From the NCBI GenBank assembly GCA_002401345.1, contig NVSU01000005.1, positions 1 to 54,153 on the forward strand: a DNA stretch of 54,153 nucleotides, written 5' to 3'. The stretch is from Candidatus Wolfebacteria bacterium. GTDB lineage: Bacteria; Patescibacteriota; Minisyncoccia; Phycocordibacterales; NVSU01. Below are positions 34,008 to 41,365 of this stretch, one piece after another (within the stretch, counting starts at the first letter, position 1; each line of letters begins with the position of its first letter). A program made the translations under genes and the position numbers. The notes under the pieces were generated by a model. That model saw nothing but the letters and a program-made list of their open reading frames with translations. It did not search any database and was not told the origin of the DNA.

Positions 34008-36179
34008 TTAAAGGTTTTTAAATTCTTCTTCAAGTGTTTTAATTTCATCCTCTATTTGCTGTTTGGTTGTTTCCATTTGTGCTATGCGACCTTTTTTCTT
34101 TTGTGGAGTGGGTTTCTTCTTTATGGGCGCTATTTCAGTGTCTGCGACTGGTATGGGTGTAGGTTGTTCGGGTGGTGCACTTTCTTCTGCGGTGACGGGT
34201 TCTTCTGTAATTTCAGGTTCTTTTTCTTCTCCGCCAGCTCGCCTCGCTGAAGCTTCGTCGAAGCGGGCTGGCGGATTTTCTTCCCTAGGTGGTGTTTCTA
34301 TTTCAGGGACAATAAGTTCCGGTTCCTCGAGTTCTTCTGCAGCTTTTGCTTCTGCGAGCTCCCTTTTAGCTTTTTGAATAGTGAGGAGTTGAGATGGATC
34401 TGAAGTGATAATTTGATCCTCAGTATATGAGGCGATGATTTTTATTGCGACGTGTTTCAATCCAGCAAAGAAAATTCCCTCACCAATATCAGATTCCAAT
34501 AGAAGAAACTTTTCTTCATCAGTGAGACTAAAGGTCTTTTGAAGAAGATCAATTGCACTAGGAGATTGTTTCAAGAGCAATTGAAGTGAAGAGTTTGTAA
34601 CAATTGGAACTCCATAAGGTGACTTCATAAAGTCCCCTACGTCCTGCGTAATAGTTGCGAGACCTAAAAAATATTTTCGGCCACGTTTTGCAATACTATA
34701 GAGGAACGATGCGGTGTCTTCTGATTTCATCATCCACCATGCCTCATCAACTACAAGTAGTCTTTTTTTCAAATTTTTTCGTACTGCATTCCAAATATAG
34801 TGAGTAATAATGTACATCGCTGCTGGCTTCAGCTCGTCTTCCATATCTCTCACAGAGAATACGATAAATTTTTTATTTATATCAATATTAGTTGGTTGGT
34901 TTATGAACTGAGCCCATGATCCCTTTGTATATTTACTGAGTCGCTGAACAATTGACTCACTTCCCTCCATTCCTGAGAGTACAAGTTCAAAATCTGAAAG
35001 CAGAGGGGGCTCAATGGTTGCAAAGTCTGACTCAGGTGTAATATCTTTAAGTGCATAGGTTTCGGAAATAGCTCGATCAATAATAGAGTCTTCTTCAGGA
35101 GTAAGACCACCAAGCATGATTCTAAAGAGCCCTACAAGTTGAATAATATTTGACCGTAATACGTCGGAAGGTGTCTCGTCTTCTCGTGGTGGTGGTAGGT
35201 CAAAGGGATTTATATGGTGCTGTGAAGACAGTGACATATTGAAATATCGGCCCCCCACAGCCTCAACAAGATAGGTGTACTCTTTCTCAGGGTCAATCAC
35301 AATCACATCTGTATCAAACATAAGTGATCTCAGTATCTCTAGTTTTGTTGCATAGCTTTTTCCTGCACCTGACTTTGCAAAGATGATCGAATTGTAATTT
35401 TCTAATGAAAATCTGTCAAAAATAACTAAACTCGCATTATGTCTATTTACTCCATAAAGAATTCCTTTATCTGAGGTGAGGTCAAATGATACAAATGGGA
35501 AAATACTCGACAGGGGTTCAGAATTTAGCTTTTGGTGCACCTTCAGTAAGTCTGTGCCTGTGGGAATCACACTCTTAAATCCTTCTTCTTGTTGGAAAAG
35601 TGCAGGTTTAATATATACAAGCTTTGCATCAAGGATTGATTTGATTTCATTTTCTATCTTAAAGAGTTCGGTTTCGTCATCTGCATAAATAGTTATATAG
35701 AGTCCCACTTCAAATATTTTTTGCTGAGCTTGTTGCAATGTATCACGCAATGATTCCAGGTCTTGGAATGCAGTATCAAGAATCGGATCTCGTACAAGTC
35801 CTCGCGCTCGTCGTGCATTGATCTGACTTTGCACTTCAGCAACTTTCTTCTGAAATTGTTTTAATATTTTTGCAGTATCAACTGGGTGTATAAAAATTGA
35901 AATATCGAAAATTTTATCAAGATTTATGATTGGAGAAAACCAATTATCTGTTAAAAAACGAGGATATGAAATAACAAAAAAGGTTCGAGCAATTTTTTCT
36001 CCTAGATTGAGAGATTTTGCATCTATCTTCAGTGCTGAAGGTGCAATAATATCCTGAAGCTCGAGCTTTGCTGCCTCATAAATATCTTCTGGAAGCACAG
36101 GAAGTACTGTAGGTTCTGGAGCGTGCACTCCTCCCTTTTTCTTTCCTATTTTTTTAAAAATGTTGTCGAATAGTGCCAT
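34008..36179 (-). CDS. virB4: VirB4-family T4SS ATPase (C-terminal two-thirds of a Gram-positive-type VirB4) with a disordered / coiled-coil tail
   Basis: IAPSALKI..RTFFVISYPRFL, Walker A KSGAGKSY, Walker B LLVVDEAW. Start set at ATG 36179 because the track start at 36200 is a GTG inside an inverted-repeat element. Confidence 0.85.
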   Translation of the reverse strand: MALFDNIFKKIGKKKGGVHAPEPTVLPVLPEDIYEAAKLELQDIIAPSALKIDAKSLNLGEKIARTFFVISYPRFLTDNWFSPIINLDKIFDISIFIHPVDTAKILKQFQKKVAEVQSQINARRARGLVRDPILDTAFQDLESLRDTLQQAQQKIFEVGLYITIYADDETELFKIENEIKSILDAKLVYIKPALFQQEEGFKSVIPTGTDLLKVHQKLNSEPLSSIFPFVSFDLTSDKGILYGVNRHNASLVIFDRFSLENYNSIIFAKSGAGKSYATKLEILRSLMFDTDVIVIDPEKEYTYLVEAVGGRYFNMSLSSQHHINPFDLPPPREDETPSDVLRSNIIQLVGLFRIMLGGLTPEEDSIIDRAISETYALKDITPESDFATIEPPLLSDFELVLSGMEGSESIVQRLSKYTKGSWAQFINQPTNIDINKKFIVFSVRDMEDELKPAAMYIITHYIWNAVRKNLKKRLLVVDEAWWMMKSEDTASFLYSIAKRGRKYFLGLATITQDVGDFMKSPYGVPIVTNSSLQLLLKQSPSAIDLLQKTFSLTDEEKFLLLESDIGEGIFFAGLKHVAIKIIASYTEDQIITSDPSQLLTIQKAKRELAEAKAAEELEEPELIVPEIETPPREENPPARFDEASARRAGGEEKEPEITEEPVTAEESAPPEQPTPIPVADTEIAPIKKKPTPQKKKGRIAQMETTKQQIEDEIKTLEEEFKNL
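34231..34274. repeat. In-frame GC-rich palindromic element, full 44-nt form
   Basis: ccgccagctcgcctcgctgaagcttcgtcgaagcgggctggcgg folds into a stem of about 22 bp with 2 mismatches. 32 of 44 nt are G/C by my count. Encodes NPPARFDEASARRAGGEEK. Confidence 0.85.
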
Positions 36180-36189
36180 AAATATTTTA

Positions 36190-36320
36190 GCATCTAGCAC
36201 CTAGGCACTAGCATCTAGTTTCGTTATTAATAAATGTAACATTTTTATAATTTTATTATTGATTTCTTTCATATTGAATTTAATTTTAAGGCTAGTTGCC
36301 AGTCGCTAGTGCCTAGGTGC
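36190..36320. repeat. Decayed four-helix-bundle cassette (inverted-repeat-bounded relic)
   Basis: Perfect 16-nt inverted repeat gcacctaggcactagc (36197-36212) / gctagtgcctaggtgc (36305-36320). The interior keeps a 23-codon remnant MKEINNKIIKMLHLLITKLDASA, which resembles the last helix of four-helix-bundle proteins. Confidence 0.65.
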
Positions 36321-36325
36321 TTTTA

Positions 36326-36967
36326 CTATTCTTCAAACTTTACAGTCCCAGTAGGATCACCGGGGTTAAATGTCTTATAAAAGAGCTCCACAACCTCTTC
36401 TGTGCCCAATTGAACACTTCGCACACCCATTCGTGCCAGTCCACCCTGGATGACCCCCACTCGTTGTTCGAGTTGTGATTGTTTTTCTGCAAAATCAATT
36501 CCCTCTTGTACCTTTGTTTTTTTCTTAGATGAAAAAATACTTGTGAGTCCCTTAAGTCCTGAAGCGGGACCAAGTGCGGGTGCAGTATAGGGAACGACTA
36601 TAATAAAACTTTTTGTCATAATATTACGCGACTCTGTGAAGTTTCTAATGAATTGTATATATTCACGAGTTTGAATTTTTAACAAAGGTTCTACCTGCTC
36701 TTTCATTCTATTTTCAAGAAGTATGATGTAGGGGCGGATGTCGAGTTTTCGTGATTGAACAACTATTTGTGTTGAGAAATCCAATGAATTCAAAAATGAC
36801 TGGAATTGACGAATTGTTGCATTCTGTTCATCAAGGGACTTTAATGAAAGATTTATTGATGAAGCCATGAGAACTGCTCGGAGTCCCCCATCTTTTAAAA
36901 CCACAATCCCATTTCGGATTTCTTTTATTGGGACAAAATTTTGAGTTGCTCGTGCTGCAAGTGCCAT
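36326..36967 (-). CDS. Protein resembling the N-terminal segment of Gram-positive (Tn916 Orf16 / CD1110-type) VirB4
   Basis: TQNFVPIKEIRNGIVVLKDGGLRAVLMASSINLSLKSLDEQ..FQSFLNSLDFSTQIVVQS... and ..MGVRSVQLGTEEVVELFYKTFNP follow the pattern I recall for the first ~220 aa of that family. No TM, no NTPase motif. Confidence 0.5.
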   Translation of the reverse strand: MALAARATQNFVPIKEIRNGIVVLKDGGLRAVLMASSINLSLKSLDEQNATIRQFQSFLNSLDFSTQIVVQSRKLDIRPYIILLENRMKEQVEPLLKIQTREYIQFIRNFTESRNIMTKSFIIVVPYTAPALGPASGLKGLTSIFSSKKKTKVQEGIDFAEKQSQLEQRVGVIQGGLARMGVRSVQLGTEEVVELFYKTFNPGDPTGTVKFEE

Positions 36968-36973
36968 ATATAT

Positions 36974-37413
36974 GAGTTAAGAGTTAAGAATAATGATTAA
37001 TGACTGAAAGTTTTAGATTTTTTAATTAATCCATTGATAAGTTTATGGGTTGTTACTGTTCTGTTTGCAATATCATTAGATCCTTTTTGATCTATGAACC
37101 CTAAATCCTTCGTGATTAATATTTGATTCTGAATTTCTGTAAGTGATCCAAGAGCTATCAAATAGAACCTTATTTTATCAGGATAAGAACCCCGACTAAA
37201 CCCTTCAGCTAAATTGGATGTTATTGAAACAGAGGCCCTTTTCATTTGTGAAGTTAGTCCAAATTGTTCTTCTCTTGGAAATTTTATTGTCATTTCATAC
37301 ATAATCATAACTAATTTATGGCCTTCTTTCCATGCATAAAGATCAGTAAAAGATTTAATTTTATTTTCTTCCTTATTCATACTTCATTATTCCTTAATCT
37401 TTATTCTTTATTG
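36974..37413 (-). mobile_element. Intact four-helix-bundle mini-cassette with imperfect inverted-repeat flanks
   Basis: ttaagaataatg (36984-36995) versus cattattccttaa (37385-37397), bracketing the 127-aa gene. The flanks overlap the stop codons of the cassette gene and of the upstream prgI-like gene. Confidence 0.6.
36997..37380 (-). CDS. Four-helix-bundle protein (23S rRNA intervening-sequence protein family)
   Basis: FTDLYAWKEGHKL, FPREEQFGLTSQMKRASVSITSNLAEGFSR, LIALGSLTEIQNQ. Confidence 0.8.
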   Translation of the reverse strand: MNKEENKIKSFTDLYAWKEGHKLVMIMYEMTIKFPREEQFGLTSQMKRASVSITSNLAEGFSRGSYPDKIRFYLIALGSLTEIQNQILITKDLGFIDQKGSNDIANRTVTTHKLINGLIKKSKTFSH

Positions 37414-37827
37414 TTCTTTTTCTTTCATATCCAACACATCAAGACTCCATGAAATATCTTTTAATCTGCCTTCAGAGAGCCGAGGAATATACGCTTTCTC
37501 TGATATTTCCTTTTCTTCTGGTGTAGGTTGTGTCGCAGCCTTCTTTTTTTTGCTCTTTTTCCATATATAGAGTTTTCCCTGAAAAAGGTATTTTACGTAG
37601 GCTTCAAGAATGTATATAAACGGTTTATTGTTTATCTTATAGAACGTAAGTGCCAAAGAAAGTGATACCACAGGAATGATTATAAGTATGGCAATAAAAT
37701 TTGGAAGTACTTTGAATGCAACAAAGGATATTCCCGCACCCCCAATCAAATAGACAAACTGTTTGAACGTAAATGGTCCAAAGATTTTGTCTTCTATATC
37801 AATAAATTGTGGAACTCTAAATCTCAT
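37408..37827 (-). CDS. PrgI-family (VirB3-like) T4SS membrane protein
   Basis: VPQFIDIEDKIFGPFTFKQFVYLIGGAGISFVAF followed by a second TM helix. Confidence 0.7.
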   Translation of the reverse strand: MRFRVPQFIDIEDKIFGPFTFKQFVYLIGGAGISFVAFKVLPNFIAILIIIPVVSLSLALTFYKINNKPFIYILEAYVKYLFQGKLYIWKKSKKKKAATQPTPEEKEISEKAYIPRLSEGRLKDISWSLDVLDMKEKEQ

Positions 37828-37840
37828 ATATTAGCCTCTC

Positions 37841-38005
37841 GCACCTAGGCACTGGCACCTAGCATGCCTACGACAGGTAGCATTAATTTATTAATAAACG
37901 AATTTAACATTTTTATAATTTTATTGTTGATTTCTTTCATATTTAATATGTACATTGCAAATTTTTAATGATTGAGCTAGTTGCTAGGAGTTAATGACTA
38001 GGTGC
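37841..38005. repeat. Second decayed four-helix-bundle cassette
   Basis: gcacctaggcactggcacctagc / gctagttgctaggagttaatgactaggtgc flanks. A 40-nt core (aacatttttataattttattgttgatttctttcatatt) is nearly identical to 36239-36277. Remnant ORF MKEINNKIIKMLNSFINKLMLPVVGMLGASA. Confidence 0.65.
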
Positions 38006-38010
38006 TTTTA

Positions 38011-38802
38011 CTATTCTTGAATTCTTTCTCTGTAGGGATCTTGCGTTGGTCCTGTGTCTGAATAATCATGAGTCTCTCTTTTTAGTGTAAACGGCTCTTT
38101 TAATTTTTTCTCGACAATACTCTCTTTTGGAGTTGCTAATAGGGGTTCTTCCGTATGTGTTGGTATCTCTTTTTTTAAATCTTGTTGTAATGGAACGGTC
38201 GTCTGTTGTGGTAGTGGAACATATGAATTTTTCTTTGATTGTATTTTGACTCCAGAGGATTCCAATATTTTTTCATCTTTTGTGTCTATGGTCGGTATAT
38301 TTTTTTGAAGAGTAATGTCCTCTTGTGTCTCAGTCGCAACAATATCTATACCCGTTTTTTTTAATACCCCAATGTCCTTTGAAGGGAGATGCGATGGAGT
38401 AGTTGAAGGGAAATCTTCTTCCAATAATCGTTCAATATCTTCATCAGTGATATCAATTTCTGGTTTTTTCTGTGGAACTTCTGGTTCACCATGGAGATGT
38501 TTAAGTGCACTTCTAATTTTTTCAAATACTTGTGTGTTTATGTCATTAACAATCTGATCAACCTGTGTTGAAGAGAGGGATAGTGTACGCTTAAGATTTT
38601 TTGCAAAGTCTTTTGGATGGGACAGGCCGAGAATTATTAAATTACTTTCATAGACAAGTTTTCCAATATCAGAAACTGTAAGAGTGTGTTTCTTTCCTAT
38701 AGAGAGGATTTTTTCTCCCACACTTGCATCAAGAACCGCAGATCGTACATCATCTGGGAGCTTGCTAAATTTTTCAGTTATTTCTTTGCTTGAAAGTTTC
38801 AT
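38011..38802 (-). CDS. Hypothetical protein (no signal peptide)
   Basis: 263 aa. The N-domain ..ILSIGKKHTLTVSDIGKLVYESNLIILGLSHPKDFAKNL.. and C-terminal DPYRE resemble a domain I recall from other CPR hypothetical proteins. Confidence 0.45.
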   Translation of the reverse strand: MKLSSKEITEKFSKLPDDVRSAVLDASVGEKILSIGKKHTLTVSDIGKLVYESNLIILGLSHPKDFAKNLKRTLSLSSTQVDQIVNDINTQVFEKIRSALKHLHGEPEVPQKKPEIDITDEDIERLLEEDFPSTTPSHLPSKDIGVLKKTGIDIVATETQEDITLQKNIPTIDTKDEKILESSGVKIQSKKNSYVPLPQQTTVPLQQDLKKEIPTHTEEPLLATPKESIVEKKLKEPFTLKRETHDYSDTGPTQDPYRERIQE

Positions 38803-38825
38803 ATTATAACGTGCATTAGTGATTA

Positions 38826-41285
38826 TTATTTCTTAGCTGAGTCTCCACTTTTTTTTGCTGAACCAATTTTTTCCTGGAGTTTTTCCTTTTGATCCTTCTT
38901 CTTTTCTATTTTCTCTTCTAACTTCTCTTGCGTGTCAATTATCGTTTCCATGCCTTTTATTTCTTGTTCTGCTCTCAGTATTTCCACCCTTGTTTCTGTC
39001 ATCTTTTGTTTGTCCCTTTCGTCGCCAGTGTTTTTGTATGCTACCTCGATAGTTTGTAATTGATTGTTTAATTCTGTTAATCGAGTTTGTTTTTCTGAAA
39101 CATCATAATTTATTTGCTCTTTTATTTGGGCTCTGGTGAGTGTATGTAGCTCCTCTGGTTTAATGTTATTTCGAAGCGCAGCATTAGTCTTAATTTTAGT
39201 GAGTATCTTATTTCCTTCTTTAACATCTATGTCAATATCTTCAATGTCATTGTCTAATTTTTTAATTGCCTTTTTGTAAGATTCCACTTTGTCAGTTGCA
39301 AGACCTTTTCTAAGTTCTAAGGCTGCACGTAAGTCACCTTGTGCAGCAAACGCAGCAGCCGGACCAGTAGGTGAAACCTTGCTAATAACTCCCAAGTTTT
39401 TAAGTAGAACCTGTGATGTACCAGCTTCAAGCGTATTAGCATAGTCAGTTTGACGTTGTTCATTAATTTTCTTTGAAGTGCTGACTTCAGGTGATCCAGT
39501 GATGGCTTCTCCCTTTACCGTTAATGGTTCCCCTTTTGTATAGGCATCTTTAAATTCTTTTTCATTAAAGATTTGCCCCTTGCCTTCAGTTTCTTCACGA
39601 GCATCATCTCTCATGTCTCCATAGGCTTTTTCCCAATTTCTGGCATTTTGATCTTGTCGAGCAGCCTCAAGTCCTTTCATTTTTATTTGTTCAAATAGAT
39701 CCATTCGTTCCTTCCTCCTTTCTTCGACACGTCCTTCATATCCACCTACTCCCGCGGCAGCTCCAAGACCAACTCCCTGCAGTACTCGATTATCAAGATT
39801 GATTCCACCCGCTCCAGCAGCTTCTGAAACCCCAGGAGCTTGGCGTATATCAAAACTTGCACCTCGTAGATAATTTGCTAATCGTAGCTTAGTCCGTGCA
39901 CCAAATTGTCCTTCAGCAGCAGCTTGTTGAAGTCCTTTACTCTCAGCTGCACCAGCAGCAGCTAGACCAGCTGTACTACGTAGGGCGAGGCCTCCTACTC
40001 CTGCAGCTGCACCAAGGGCAGCACCTCCAACGGCACCGACTTTTTTAGCTGCAGCTGTTACTACCTTACCGGCTTCACCTGCAAGATTTTCTGCAAGTTT
40101 TTTTGCCATGATAAGGAGCATGGCAATAATAGAGAGCGGGAATACTATATTTAATACTGCTTGAACTGTCGATAGATTCTCTCCCTTGCCAAATGCACTT
40201 CCAATAATATCAGTCTCAAGGAACATTACGATTAAAAAGAGGAAGAAAATAAAGACAGGAGCTAGAAAAGAAAGCTTGAGGAGATTTCCCCACCATTTTT
40301 GTTGAAAGTCACCTATTTGCGGGATGGCGTATGAGATAAATGCGAAAGGAGCAGAGATCATTACAATCCATAATCCAAGTGTACGGGCAATAAAAAGAAT
40401 TGCGACAGTAAAGAATACCCAAATGGCGACTATATTTATACCTGCAGCAAGTAAAGACACAAGTGAGAAAAAGGATGCATAGGCATCTCTACTCAAGCCC
40501 CTCGCTGTTAATATGCTTGAGGTAGGATCATTACTCACACGTTCAATGTTTGGCCCTGACGCAACTTGTGCAAAAAGTTTTTGTGGTTCAAATTTTGATA
40601 TGACGGCAATAGAAATAGACTTTGCTCCGCTGACTTTTACAAATTCTGCAGGACCGGTGACTTCTATCGCATTATAGAAAATCCTCGCAACGATATTTGA
40701 GCTATCAACAACAACTTTGGTGAAAAAGAGACTAAAGTTTATAAGAAGCGCGACTACCACAACATTTGCAATGGTTCTTTTTGTGTCAGCACCAGCGATG
40801 CCCAATATTGTTTTTATTGCTACAAATACAAGTATGAATATAAAGAGAATATTGGAGATATCCCTTGTGATCTTCCATCCTTCTGTAATAAATGAGGTGC
40901 CAGTATATGATGCACTATCAAGAGTGTAGGCAAGAGTAAAGTCCAAAAATTTTCCAATAAGCGCGAGAATAAATGCAGTAGGAACAAAAAGAATGTAGTA
41001 GATCACCTGCGCAATACATCCCATAACACCTCCTTGAGTGTCTTCACCAAATAAGTCACATGCGGGAAGTACGTTTTCATCTTTCGCAGGGTCAGTGTCA
41101 TCAAATTCACCTGTATGAGTGGCATATGCGACATTGGTGTGTACTGTGGGAGTGAGAGAAGTTGGGTGAATTGAAACAGAGACCGGAGAAAAGAAACCAA
41201 AGATAAATACCACAGCAAATACAAGAATGGCAAATTTTTTACCAAGTGTACTCTTATGTGTAGTTTTATTTGTTTTATTGTTCAT
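38826..41285 (-). CDS. Polytopic membrane protein, VirB6/TrbL (Tn916 Orf15)-like, with an Ala/Gly-rich segment and a K/E-rich coiled-coil tail
   Basis: 819 aa. Signal/TM, then about 7 hydrophobic helices. Position relative to prgI/virB4 fits the channel subunit. No sequence motif proof. Confidence 0.5.
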   Translation of the reverse strand: MNNKTNKTTHKSTLGKKFAILVFAVVFIFGFFSPVSVSIHPTSLTPTVHTNVAYATHTGEFDDTDPAKDENVLPACDLFGEDTQGGVMGCIAQVIYYILFVPTAFILALIGKFLDFTLAYTLDSASYTGTSFITEGWKITRDISNILFIFILVFVAIKTILGIAGADTKRTIANVVVVALLINFSLFFTKVVVDSSNIVARIFYNAIEVTGPAEFVKVSGAKSISIAVISKFEPQKLFAQVASGPNIERVSNDPTSSILTARGLSRDAYASFFSLVSLLAAGINIVAIWVFFTVAILFIARTLGLWIVMISAPFAFISYAIPQIGDFQQKWWGNLLKLSFLAPVFIFFLFLIVMFLETDIIGSAFGKGENLSTVQAVLNIVFPLSIIAMLLIMAKKLAENLAGEAGKVVTAAAKKVGAVGGAALGAAAGVGGLALRSTAGLAAAGAAESKGLQQAAAEGQFGARTKLRLANYLRGASFDIRQAPGVSEAAGAGGINLDNRVLQGVGLGAAAGVGGYEGRVEERRKERMDLFEQIKMKGLEAARQDQNARNWEKAYGDMRDDAREETEGKGQIFNEKEFKDAYTKGEPLTVKGEAITGSPEVSTSKKINEQRQTDYANTLEAGTSQVLLKNLGVISKVSPTGPAAAFAAQGDLRAALELRKGLATDKVESYKKAIKKLDNDIEDIDIDVKEGNKILTKIKTNAALRNNIKPEELHTLTRAQIKEQINYDVSEKQTRLTELNNQLQTIEVAYKNTGDERDKQKMTETRVEILRAEQEIKGMETIIDTQEKLEEKIEKKKDQKEKLQEKIGSAKKSGDSAKK

Positions 41286-41319
41286 TTTGTCTACTAACTA
41301 TTTGCTACTTTCTGTGTAT

Positions 41320-41357
41320 CCCGACGTAAAGTCGGGACCCCGACTGTAGCGTCGGGG
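41320..41357. repeat. Tandem GC-rich hairpins (REP-like)
   Basis: cccgac-gtaaa-gtcggg, then a, then ccccgac-tgtagc-gtcgggg, in the intergenic spacer of the operon. Confidence 0.7.
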
Positions 41358-41365
41358 CTATTCTC

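Noticed and set aside
36180-36200. N-terminal extensions given by the ORF track: virB4 from 36200, pilB-like from 12700, polA from 4222, the 8116 gene from 9387, tsaE from 5304 and tyrS from 19796.
   Set aside because: The first four use GTG or TTG starts located inside promoter boxes, terminator hairpins or inverted-repeat elements. In each of those cases an in-frame ATG downstream gives a protein that starts where family alignments or signal peptides begin. For tsaE and tyrS I did not check the codon at the track start. The same downstream-ATG argument applies, and the chosen tyrS ATG also follows a strong Shine-Dalgarno sequence.
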